Source of the DNA: Candidatus Micrarchaeota archaeon
GTDB lineage: Archaea > B1Sed10-29 > B47-G15
Direction: 5' to 3'
Length of the DNA: 64,000 nucleotides
Assembly: GCA_003660975.1 (NCBI GenBank)
Contig: QMVG01000001.1
Coordinates: forward strand, 64,001-128,000
A program made the position numbers and the translations under genes. Shown piece by piece: positions 1-8,141 of the stretch (position 1 is the stretch's first letter; the number at the start of each line of letters is the position of its first letter). The notes under the pieces are model-generated. The model did no database searches. It was not told where the DNA came from and was given only the letters and a program-made list of their open reading frames with translations.

Positions 1-1467
1 AGAAGAAAGCCCTGCTTGACTGACGAGCAGGTAATAGAGCTGGCTAGGTATGGCAAGCAATTAGAAGAACACTACCAGCATGCGGAGGATATTGAATGGG
101 CCTTGGATGCTGACGAAAACAAATTATATATTATACAATGCAGGCCTGAAACCTTCTGGTCAGAAAGAAAAGGCACAGAAGCAAAAGTAATCACAAAAGC
201 AGAGGCAGTGCTAACTGGTTTGGCTGCTAGCCCTGGCGTTGGCATAGGAGCAGTCAAGAAGGTGATCGAGCTCAGAGATTTGAGCAAGGTTCAAAAAGGA
301 GATGTGCTGGTAACTAAAATGACCACTCCTGATATGGTGCCTGCGATGGAAAAAGCATCTGCTATAGTAACTGATGAGGGGGGAAGTACAAGTCATGCTG
401 CTATTGTCTCAAGAGAGCTCGGAATTCCCTGTGTTGTCGGGACTGGGGAAGCTACAAAGAAACTTAATGATGGAGAGATAATCACTGTTGACGGAAGTTC
501 TGGTAAAGTTTATTTGGGGAAGCTGGAAATAGAGGCAAGAGAAGAGGAGGACTACTCTAACTTACCTGAAACAAAAACCAAGATATACGTGAATTTAGGC
601 ATACCAGGCATTGCGGAGAAGATAGCTAAAAGGCCTGTTGACGGAGTAGGGCTCATGAGAGAAGAATTTATTCTTGCAACATACGTAAAAGAGCACCCCT
701 TGGCACTGATAGAGCAGGGAAGACAGCAGTTTTTCATAGATAAGCTGGCAGAGGGAATAGAGAAGGTAGTTAAGGCATTTAACCCGCGACCTGTGATCTT
801 GAGGTTCAGTGACTTCAAAACAAACGAATACAGAGAGCTGAAAGGCGGTGAGAAATTTGAACCGCATGAAGACAACCCCATGCTTGGGTGGAGAGGCTGT
901 TCAAGATATGTCTCTCCGAAATACAAAGATGCATTTGTGCTTGAACTGGAAGCTGTAAAAAAGGTAAGGGCAAAAGGTTACAAGAACCTTTGGGTCATGT
1001 TGCCATTTCCAAGAACAGTAAAAGAGGTTGTTGAAGTTGAGAAAATAATGGAAGAGCATGGACTGAAAAGAGGAGAAGACCTAAAGCTAATCCTGATGGC
1101 TGAGATTCCATCCAACATATTTTTAGCTGATAAGTTTAGCGAACATTGTGATGGCTTTTCAATAGGAAGTAATGACTTAACACAATTAATACTCGGTGTT
1201 GACAGAGATAGCGAAATACTTGGAAAGATGGGCTATTTTGACGAAAGGAATGAGGCAGTCCTAAGGGCAATTGAACACCTGATAAAAACAGCGCACGAAA
1301 AGGGAAAGATTGTAGGCATATGCGGACAGGCGCCGTCAAACTATCCAGATTTCGCGAGGTTCTTAGTGAAGTGTGGCATTGACAGCATTTCTGTAAATCC
1401 TGATGTAATCGCAAAGACGAGGAGGATAGTGGCAGAGGCAGAAAAAGAGTTAGGCAGAGGGCTCTAA
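1..1467 (+). CDS. ppsA: phosphoenolpyruvate synthase (5'-truncated by window edge)
   Basis: Frame open from base 1. Motifs DIEWA, IQCRPET, phospho-His GGSTSHAAIVSRELG, EDNPMLGWRG, FSIGSNDLTQ, GICGQAPS. Confidence 0.95.
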   Translation, partial: RRKPCLTDEQVIELARYGKQLEEHYQHAEDIEWALDADENKLYIIQCRPETFWSERKGTEAKVITKAEAVLTGLAASPGVGIGAVKKVIELRDLSKVQKGDVLVTKMTTPDMVPAMEKASAIVTDEGGSTSHAAIVSRELGIPCVVGTGEATKKLNDGEIITVDGSSGKVYLGKLEIEAREEEDYSNLPETKTKIYVNLGIPGIAEKIAKRPVDGVGLMREEFILATYVKEHPLALIEQGRQQFFIDKLAEGIEKVVKAFNPRPVILRFSDFKTNEYRELKGGEKFEPHEDNPMLGWRGCSRYVSPKYKDAFVLELEAVKKVRAKGYKNLWVMLPFPRTVKEVVEVEKIMEEHGLKRGEDLKLILMAEIPSNIFLADKFSEHCDGFSIGSNDLTQLILGVDRDSEILGKMGYFDERNEAVLRAIEHLIKTAHEKGKIVGICGQAPSNYPDFARFLVKCGIDSISVNPDVIAKTRRIVAEAEKELGRGL

Positions 1468-2178
1468 TATCTCTACTTTTATGTTTGGGTCTCCAGCTGC
1501 TACCCTCTGCTTGAACAAAGTAAGATTTGCTGTCAAACCTATGCTTCCGTAGTGCATCGGGATAACAATTTTAGGTTTTATCTCTACAGCTGCTTCAGCT
1601 GCCTCGGTCTCGTTCATTGTATATGTGCCTCCAACAGGCAGCAGAGCAATATCTATGTTTTGAAGTTTGGACATCTCTGGAATCTTATCAGTATCACCAG
1701 CTTGATAGATGTTAACCCCGTTAATGTTTATTACGAAGCCAAGCCAGCCATTTTCCTTGGGATGGAAATTTTTATCTATGTTGTATGCAGGCAGAGCTGT
1801 TATTGAAACCCCCATGATGTTCAAAGTATCCCCAGGTGCCATGAACCTTATATCTCCTCCAAGCTCTGTCAACTTGTCGGCACAGTCCTTTGTAGTCACT
1901 ATTACTGTGTTGTCTTTCTTCAGCTTCTTCACGCTCTCAGGATCACAGTGGTCATAGTGGCTATGTGTTATTAATATCAAGTCGGCCCTATCGTTATGGT
2001 CTGAGATGTTATACGGATCGGTGGCGATGGTCAGGTCTCCCGACTTTATAATGAAACTGGCATGGCCCAACCACTTGACCTCAACTCCTTCATATATCAT
2101 AGCAATTCCCTCCTCTTTTTCAAAGCAACCAGCAAAGATCAAAAAGGTAATGATGATTGCAATAGCAACACTTTTCAT
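1450..2178 (-). CDS. MBL-fold metallohydrolase (UlaG/Lactamase_B_3-like) with N-terminal lipoprotein-like signal
   Basis: WLGHAS, THSHYDH, AGDT, PVGG-YTM and IPMHYG motifs. Hydrophobic N-terminus ending in FAGC. Confidence 0.85.
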   Translation of the reverse strand: MKSVAIAIIITFLIFAGCFEKEEGIAMIYEGVEVKWLGHASFIIKSGDLTIATDPYNISDHNDRADLILITHSHYDHCDPESVKKLKKDNTVIVTTKDCADKLTELGGDIRFMAPGDTLNIMGVSITALPAYNIDKNFHPKENGWLGFVININGVNIYQAGDTDKIPEMSKLQNIDIALLPVGGTYTMNETEAAEAAVEIKPKIVIPMHYGSIGLTANLTLFKQRVAAGDPNIKVEILEPSA

Positions 2179-2266
2179 CTGTTATCTTATATGTCTTTTG
2201 ACTTATTTTTTAATTTCCCAAAAGCACTAGGTTTTTATAATGAGCATGTAATAAAAATACAAAGAA

Positions 2267-2339
2267 AGTCCCGTAGTCTAGTGGCCAAGGATTCGGGGCT
2301 CTGGACCCCGAGACGGCGGTTCGAATCCGCCCGGGACTA
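2267..2339 (+). tRNA. tRNA-Gln(CTG)
   Basis: Acceptor AGTCCCG/CGGGACT, anticodon arm CGGGG-CT-CTG-GA-CCCCG, T-loop TTCGAAT. Confidence 0.95.
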
Positions 2340-2341
2340 TT

Positions 2342-2469
2342 GTCCGTTGCGCCGGACCAACGCATGGGATCTTCGATCCCATATGCTGTGATTGGCTTTG
2401 AAAAAGCCGCGTGCGGCTTGCGGACATGGGATCTTCGATCGTCCGTTGCGCCGGACCAACGTATGGGAT
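2342..2469. repeat. GC-rich composite palindromic repeat behind tRNA-Gln
   Basis: GTCCGTTGCGCCGGACCAACGYATGGGAT at 2342-2370 and 2441-2469 (1 mismatch). CATGGGATCTTCGATC at 2363-2378 and 2425-2440. Several hairpins. Confidence 0.85.
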
Positions 2470-2475
2470 GAGAAT

Positions 2476-2991
2476 ATGAGAAGGAAAAAGAAATTTACGG
2501 TAAAGCCCTTAAAAGAATACGATGCGACAAGGAAGGAATTGGAAGCTTTTTTTAGAGGAGCCAGGTGGTTTGACAGCTTGAGCAAAGCTGAAAAAGAAAA
2601 GGTCTTGGACGAGGTTATGAGAGATCCAAAAAACAAATGGCTTATAGAGGAGATGAGAAAAGCAGTTATTGACAAGGCAGCTTTGAAGGAAGAGCTATTA
2701 AAAAAAGCAAAGGAAGAGGAAAAGGAATTTGCTAAAAATGAAAAAGCTGCAATGGAATTGGTGAAAAGGCTAGAAAAAGAGGAAGAGATTAGATATAGAA
2801 TAAAAAAAGACCCCTGGTTTTTAGAAAAGGAATTTGAAAATTCCATCATATATCAGCAATTAAACAGCAGGGGAAGGGAGAAATTTATAAAGTGGCTGGA
2901 GAAAAATCCACACAAAGTAATAGAATTAGAAGAGAAAAAGGCAGATATAGAGGATGTTGTTATTGATTTTCTAAAAGAAACAAACAAATGA
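2476..2991 (+). CDS. hypothetical Lys/Glu-rich helical protein
   Basis: ORF with genome-typical composition from ATG 2476. The upstream extension in the ORF track runs through the repeat. Confidence 0.7.
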   Translation: MRRKKKFTVKPLKEYDATRKELEAFFRGARWFDSLSKAEKEKVLDEVMRDPKNKWLIEEMRKAVIDKAALKEELLKKAKEEEKEFAKNEKAAMELVKRLEKEEEIRYRIKKDPWFLEKEFENSIIYQQLNSRGREKFIKWLEKNPHKVIELEEKKADIEDVVIDFLKETNK

Positions 2992-2992
2992 G

Positions 2993-3065
2993 GGGCCCGT
3001 GGTCTAGCGGTTAGGACACTGCCTTCACACGGCAGAGATCAAGGGTTCAAATCCCTTCGGGCCCA
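2993..3065 (+). tRNA. tRNA-Val(CAC)
   Basis: Acceptor GGGCCCG/CGGGCCC, anticodon arm CTGCC-TT-CAC-AC-GGCAG, T-loop TTCAAAT. Confidence 0.95.
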
Positions 3066-3066
3066 T

Positions 3067-3240
3067 TTTTGCAAGCTTTTTTCACAGTTATCACAGAAAA
3101 AAGCTTATTTTTGCTTAAGCTTTTTCCATAGTTTTCACAGAAAAAAGCTTAGGTCGAAGACCATGACCCCATGGCATTTATTTCGCTTAAGCCTTTAGCG
3201 TAGCGATAATAGAAAAGGCTTAAATTCCTTCGGGCCTATT
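3067..3240 (+). repeat. array of three ~42-bp palindromic units plus one hairpin, ending in a copy of the tRNA-Val 3' end
   Basis: Units at ~3067-3106, 3108-3150 and 3181-3221 (AAGCYTTT...AGAAAARGCTT). AAATTCCTTCGGGCCTATT (3222-3240) matches 3049-3067 with 2 mismatches. Confidence 0.85.
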
Positions 3241-3302
3241 GTCTGTTTTGTTGGAAAGATCAAGACATAGATTTTATATATCCACTGCTTCTAAATTAGA
3301 GC

Positions 3303-3761
3303 ATGGCAAAAGAGAACATAGTGGATGAATTAGACATAAAGATACTGAAAGAGTTGCGAAGGGATGGTAGGTTGTCATTTAGGCAGCTTGCTAATAGGTT
3401 AAATGTGGCAACAGGTACAATACAAAAAAGGATAAAGCGCATGGAGGACCTTGATATAATAAGGGGCTACCATGTTAGCATTGACTTTGAAAAGTTGGGT
3501 TACAAAATCACGGCTGTTGTGGGCGTGATAGGCAACCAGGAGAGCATCATAAAGCTGGAAGATAAGCTCAAAAAAATGAGCAACGTGATAGGGCTGTATG
3601 GTGTTACTGGAGAATACGACCTCCTTATTGCAGCTAAGTTCAAAACAATAACTGAATTAAATGACTTTATAAGGAAGCACTTTAATATTAAGGGAGTAGA
3701 CAAAACAGTAACTTTCATAGTGCTACAAACAGTCAAAGAGGAACGTGGTCTCTTTGAGTGA
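3303..3761 (+). CDS. Lrp/AsnC family transcriptional regulator
   Basis: DELDIKILKEL..DGR HTH and VTGEYDL RAM-domain motif. Confidence 0.93.
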   Translation: MAKENIVDELDIKILKELRRDGRLSFRQLANRLNVATGTIQKRIKRMEDLDIIRGYHVSIDFEKLGYKITAVVGVIGNQESIIKLEDKLKKMSNVIGLYGVTGEYDLLIAAKFKTITELNDFIRKHFNIKGVDKTVTFIVLQTVKEERGLFE

Positions 3762-3769
3762 GGGGTAAT

Positions 3770-5224
3770 ATGTTTAATTTCAGCATAGAGGATGCAAATG
3801 TTGTTATGAGGGTGTTTGGGCAGGTAATGATGTATTTTTCTCTTGCTTTTGTTTTTCCTCTGGCTGTGGCCTTGCTGTATGGAGAAGGATTGAAAGGAGT
3901 TTTTATGTATGCCCTTCCAGCTATGCTGTCTTTTTTTCTCGGCTTCTGCATTTACAAATGCATTAAAAGCAAAGTAGAGGTAAAGAGCATACATGCAATG
4001 ACTGCTATAACACTTATATGGATAGTCCTGCCTCTAATAGGTGCTCTGCCTCTCGCTTATTATGGTTTGGACTATGTAGATGCGTACTTTGAAAGCGTGT
4101 CTAGCCTAACCACTACAGGCCTAACAGTTATCAACTCGCCAGACGTTCTGCCAAAAAGCATCATATTCTGGAGAAGTTTTGAAGGTTGGATAGGAGGAGC
4201 AGGCATAGTGGTGCTCGCTCTGATAGGTATATTTCATTATGTCAGTGCAGCTCGGCTTATGGAGGCAGAGGGCAGGGAAGACAGGTTAAGACCTAGCATA
4301 CTGCATACTGTTAAGAGAATCTGGTGGATTTACGGCATATTGACAGGAATAGGTGTTATTCTTTTGCTCTCCTCCCACCTCTCTGTTTTTGATGCTGTGA
4401 ATTACTCTATGAGTGCCATAAGCACAACAGGCACACAAATGAAAAATGAGGGAATTATGGGGCTCAACAATTTAGGCATGGAAGTGGCCCTTATGGTAAT
4501 CATGGTAATGGGTGCGATGTCATTTGCGGTTCACCACAGATTCCTGAGCGGAGACATAAAAGCGTATTTCAAAGACGTTGAGGTGAAAACCTTTTTTGTT
4601 TTCGCTGTTCTAGGCATTCTACTACTTATTCCGTCATTTTCAAGCATAAGCTATTACGGAAATCAAGCCCTGAGACACGCCTCATTCTATACGATAAGTG
4701 CCCTCACAGCAGGGGGCTTTGAGTCCATGCCTAGAGGTTTGTTCAATGACTATAGCAAGTTAATACTCTCCATATTGATGTTCATAGGTGGAGCTGCTGG
4801 TTCAACTGCTGGAGGTATCAAATTAATAAGGGCATATGCCTTCCTTAAGATAATCTATTGGCGCATTAAGAGCATGACACTTCCAAGCAACGCTTATTTC
4901 CCAAAGAAAATAGCTGGTCAGGAAATTAATGAAAAGCAAATGGGTTTCATAACAACGTTTATAATATTGTATTTCATAGCTATAATAATAGGCAGCATTG
5001 TCATAATGCTGACTGTTCCAAATGCAAGTGCAATGGACGCTGTGTTTGAAGTCACCAGTGCACAAGGCAATGCAGGTATCAGCATTGGCATAACATCGGC
5101 AAACATATCCAAGATTGCTAAAATTAGCCTTTGTGCTAATATGATTGTGGGCAGGATAGAGATAATACCTTTGATGGCTGCTCTTGCATTTATACTGAAA
5201 ATCAAAGTAAGGAGGAATAGATGA
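3770..5224 (+). CDS. trkH: Trk potassium uptake membrane subunit
   Basis: Multi-TM protein with FESVSSLTTTG, GGAAGSTAGGIK, SAQGNAG and GRIEI motifs. Confidence 0.92.
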   Translation: MFNFSIEDANVVMRVFGQVMMYFSLAFVFPLAVALLYGEGLKGVFMYALPAMLSFFLGFCIYKCIKSKVEVKSIHAMTAITLIWIVLPLIGALPLAYYGLDYVDAYFESVSSLTTTGLTVINSPDVLPKSIIFWRSFEGWIGGAGIVVLALIGIFHYVSAARLMEAEGREDRLRPSILHTVKRIWWIYGILTGIGVILLLSSHLSVFDAVNYSMSAISTTGTQMKNEGIMGLNNLGMEVALMVIMVMGAMSFAVHHRFLSGDIKAYFKDVEVKTFFVFAVLGILLLIPSFSSISYYGNQALRHASFYTISALTAGGFESMPRGLFNDYSKLILSILMFIGGAAGSTAGGIKLIRAYAFLKIIYWRIKSMTLPSNAYFPKKIAGQEINEKQMGFITTFIILYFIAIIIGSIVIMLTVPNASAMDAVFEVTSAQGNAGISIGITSANISKIAKISLCANMIVGRIEIIPLMAALAFILKIKVRRNR

Positions 5225-5874
5225 TGTATATTATAATAATTGGTGCTGGAAAGGTTGGCTACCACCTGACAAAAATTCTATTAGAAGAGGGACATGATGT
5301 AGTAGTCGTTGACAAGGATGGTGATGTTTGTCATGAAATCGCCACTGAGCTGGAGTGTGTTACTATAAGGGGCGACGGCACTAAACCGAGAATTTTAGAG
5401 GAAGCAGGCATATATGAAGCAGATGCCATTGTTACATTAACTGGCTCTGATGAGACAAACTTAATCGCATCCTTGACAGCAAAGCAGATGGGCGCCAAGT
5501 ATGTAGCTACAAGATTGGGAGCACTGCATTACGATGAAGAGATACTAAAAAAGCTAGGTCTTGACCTTGTCATATATCCTGAAGCAGCTGCTGCAGGATA
5601 CATAGCAGAGCTGATTACCAAACCAGATGTTTTGGACCTGGCTTTCATAAGCAGGGGAGATGCTGAAATACTTGAGCTGGAAGTGAAACCAAAGTCGAAG
5701 ATTGCTGGCAAGGAGATCTCTGAAATAGAGCAACCCCAAGGCACAGCAATCATTGCGATAATTGAAAAGGGGCGGCTTGTAATACCAAAGCCTAGCAGAA
5801 AGATAAAGGCAGGAGACAAAGTATTAATACTGGCAAAAAAAGAAAAGGTCAAAGAAATAAAGAAGATGATATGA
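5221..5874 (+). CDS. trkA: Trk NAD-binding regulatory subunit
   Basis: IIGAGKVG Rossmann motif, GDGT, TrkA-C domain; adjacent to trkH. Confidence 0.93.
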   Translation: MMYIIIIGAGKVGYHLTKILLEEGHDVVVVDKDGDVCHEIATELECVTIRGDGTKPRILEEAGIYEADAIVTLTGSDETNLIASLTAKQMGAKYVATRLGALHYDEEILKKLGLDLVIYPEAAAAGYIAELITKPDVLDLAFISRGDAEILELEVKPKSKIAGKEISEIEQPQGTAIIAIIEKGRLVIPKPSRKIKAGDKVLILAKKEKVKEIKKMI

Positions 5875-5898
5875 AGCAAGAACAGGGTGGTAGAAGAA

Positions 5899-6351
5899 AT
5901 GACAGATAGAATTTTGTTTGATGCAAAAATAGGAAACTGGGTCTGTATAAAAAAAGGCATAATTGACCAAGACACAGAGGCAATGGAAGTGGCCCGCTTG
6001 CTGGCGAGCATTCATGACTCAATGGACAGAAAGATATGGGAGTTTGTGGGAAAAGAGATTAACACAGAGGAGTTAGATAAAATAGCTTATGAAATAACAG
6101 GTGCCACATACAACGAAAAGAAGAAAAGCTGGGAGCTTAAAGGAAGGAAAACTGAGCAGCAAATTGCCTCTGCCCTTGCAAAGCTAAACTCTCCTGCAAC
6201 CACAAGAAAAATAAATGTAAAGGGAAAGCAAGCCCTTGAAATAGCAAAAGCGTATTTAACAAGAAAAGTACTTACTTTGCTTGGTTTCAGGATAGAGCTG
6301 GACCCAAAGATAGTAGAGAAATATATAGAGGAAAAGTCAAAATTAGCATGA
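5899..6351 (+). CDS. conserved archaeal protein, DUF2666-like
   Basis: N-terminus (DRILFDAKIGNWVCIKK...EVARLLASI) resembles DUF2666 proteins as recalled; not searched. Confidence 0.6.
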   Translation: MTDRILFDAKIGNWVCIKKGIIDQDTEAMEVARLLASIHDSMDRKIWEFVGKEINTEELDKIAYEITGATYNEKKKSWELKGRKTEQQIASALAKLNSPATTRKINVKGKQALEIAKAYLTRKVLTLLGFRIELDPKIVEKYIEEKSKLA

Positions 6352-6356
6352 TTTTT

Positions 6357-6431
6357 GGGGCTATAGGGTAGTCTGGTCCATCCTCCCGGCTTTGGGAGCC
6401 GGGGACCCCAGTTCAAATCTGGGTAGCCCCA
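6357..6431 (+). tRNA. tRNA-Pro(TGG)
   Basis: Acceptor GGGGCTA/TAGCCCC, anticodon arm CCGGC-TT-TGG-GA-GCCGG. Confidence 0.95.
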
Positions 6432-6437
6432 TCATAA

Positions 6438-6522
6438 GCGGGGGTGCCGGAGCCTGGAAAACGGGCAGGACTTAAGATCCTGTGGCTTAGTGCCTACGAG
6501 GGTTCAAATCCCTTCCCCCGCA
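6438..6522 (+). tRNA. tRNA-Leu(TAA)
   Basis: Anticodon arm CAGGA-CT-TAA-GA-TCCTG, long variable arm, T-loop TTCAAAT. Confidence 0.95.
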
Positions 6523-6537
6523 TAGGCAGGAATTTTT

Positions 6538-7377
6538 ATGAAGCTTATCTACTCCAAGAAATGTGAGGAATATTGGTCTGAAGGCCACCCAGAATCACCT
6601 GATAGGACTAGGATAATCCACGAGCACTTGAAGGAAAAGGGCTTCAGTTTCACAGAGCCAAAGCAAGCAAGTGATAGAGACATCTTGAAAGCACATAGTA
6701 AGAGCTTGATAGAAAGCATAAAAAATAACAGTTTTTTTGACTATGACACGCCCAACATAGAAAATATTTATAACTATGCAAAACTATCGGCAGGGGCTGC
6801 TATCACAGCTGCGAAGCTCAGTAAGGATGAATTTGCTTTTTCTCTCATGAGACCACCAGGTCATCACGCTGGAAAGAACAGCCTTGGCGGTTTTTGTTAC
6901 CTAAACAATATCGCCATTGCTATAAAGGGCTTAGGGGAAAGGGCTGCAATACTGGATATAGACCTACACCACGGCAATGGAACGCAGGACATTTTTATGA
7001 GAGATAAAAATGTCTTGTATGTCTCCCTCCACAGGGGAGATATCTATCCTGGCACAGGCCATGAGAGCATTGAAAATTGTATCAATTACCCTTTTTACGA
7101 AAGAGTTGGAGAGAAGGAATACTTAAGAACAGTTGATGAAGCAATAAAAAAGATTAAGGAATTTAATGCTAAAGTAATAGGCATCTCCCTGGGCTTTGAC
7201 ACATATAAAAAGGAATTTCTGGCAGGTGACAGGGGCATGAACTTAGAGCTCTCAACATACAAGGAAATAGCAAAAAGGATAAAGCAATTGGAAATTCCAA
7301 GCTTTGCTGTATTGGAGGGAGGATACCATGAGGATCTCGGTCTTTGCGCAGAGAAGTTTTTGGAGGTTTGGGAATGA
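6538..7377 (+). CDS. Zn-dependent histone deacetylase/AcuC family deacetylase
   Basis: HPESPDR, RPPGHHA, GFCYLNN, DIDLHHGNGTQ, GFD and LEGGY motifs. Confidence 0.93.
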   Translation: MKLIYSKKCEEYWSEGHPESPDRTRIIHEHLKEKGFSFTEPKQASDRDILKAHSKSLIESIKNNSFFDYDTPNIENIYNYAKLSAGAAITAAKLSKDEFAFSLMRPPGHHAGKNSLGGFCYLNNIAIAIKGLGERAAILDIDLHHGNGTQDIFMRDKNVLYVSLHRGDIYPGTGHESIENCINYPFYERVGEKEYLRTVDEAIKKIKEFNAKVIGISLGFDTYKKEFLAGDRGMNLELSTYKEIAKRIKQLEIPSFAVLEGGYHEDLGLCAEKFLEVWE

Positions 7378-8027
7378 TTATAGTGTTTGAAGGTATAGAT
7401 GGCTCTGGAAAAAGCACCCAATTGAAGCTTTTAAAAAATAAGCTCGAATCAAATGGCAAAGAAGTAAAGGTTTACAAGTTTCCAACACACCAAAACAGCA
7501 GGATTGGGCAGATGATTGATAAATACCTAAGGGGAGAGATGGGAAGCATAAAGCAGATCCCGCCTGAACTGCCCAGCTTGTTGTATGCAGCTGATAGGTA
7601 TCAGTTTAAGTACTTGTTTGAAAAGGAGAGGAAAGATTACATAATACTGCTTGACAGATACTACATTTCAAATTTGGCTCACCAAGGAGGAAAGTTTAAA
7701 GGCAAGGAGAGAGAGGAAATGTTGGCGTGGTTGGAAAACCTTGATGCAAGGATGCCACAGCCTGATTTAGTGCTCATATTTGACATAAGCCCTGAAAAGG
7801 CGATTGAGTTAATTGAAAGGAAAAAAAGAAGAGAATATCTTAATGAGAAAAAGAAAGACATTCACGAAGAGGATATAGAACACCTTAGGAACACGAGGGA
7901 GACATATCTTGAACTGGCAAGCATGAAAGATTGGCCTGTTATAAATCTGCTTGATGAAAAGGGCAAGATAAAAAGCATTGAGGAAATTGCTGATGAAGTG
8001 TGGAAAATTGTTTCTGCGTACTTGTAA
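7374..8027 (+). CDS. tmk: thymidylate kinase
   Basis: FEGIDGSGKST P-loop, LLYAADR, LLDRY. SD GGAGG before ATG 7374. Confidence 0.92.
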   Translation: MIIVFEGIDGSGKSTQLKLLKNKLESNGKEVKVYKFPTHQNSRIGQMIDKYLRGEMGSIKQIPPELPSLLYAADRYQFKYLFEKERKDYIILLDRYYISNLAHQGGKFKGKEREEMLAWLENLDARMPQPDLVLIFDISPEKAIELIERKKRREYLNEKKKDIHEEDIEHLRNTRETYLELASMKDWPVINLLDEKGKIKSIEEIADEVWKIVSAYL

Positions 8028-8028
8028 T

Positions 8029-8102
8029 GCTTCGGTAGCTCAGCTTGGTAGAGCGCGTGCTTGGTAAGCACGAGGTCGCGGGTTCAAATCCCGTCCGAAG
8101 CT
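8029..8102 (+). tRNA. tRNA-Thr(GGT)
   Basis: Acceptor GCTTCGG/CCGAAGC, anticodon arm CGTGC-TT-GGT-AA-GCACG. Confidence 0.95.
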
Positions 8103-8141
8103 TTTTTAATATTATTGCACATTAGTATAGTGGTGAAAAAA

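Noticed and set aside
2392-2475. N-terminal extension of the orphan ORF
   Set aside because: It runs through the GC-rich repeat. ATG 2476 begins sequence of normal composition.
3067-3221. Possible mini CRISPR array
   Set aside because: The units are degenerate and abut each other without unique spacers. There is no leader or cas gene in the window.
8061-8141. ORF starts inside tRNA genes (8061 and 32817)
   Set aside because: These are ORF-caller extensions through tRNA-Thr and tRNA-Ser. Downstream ATGs (8142 with an SD, and 32895) are more plausible.
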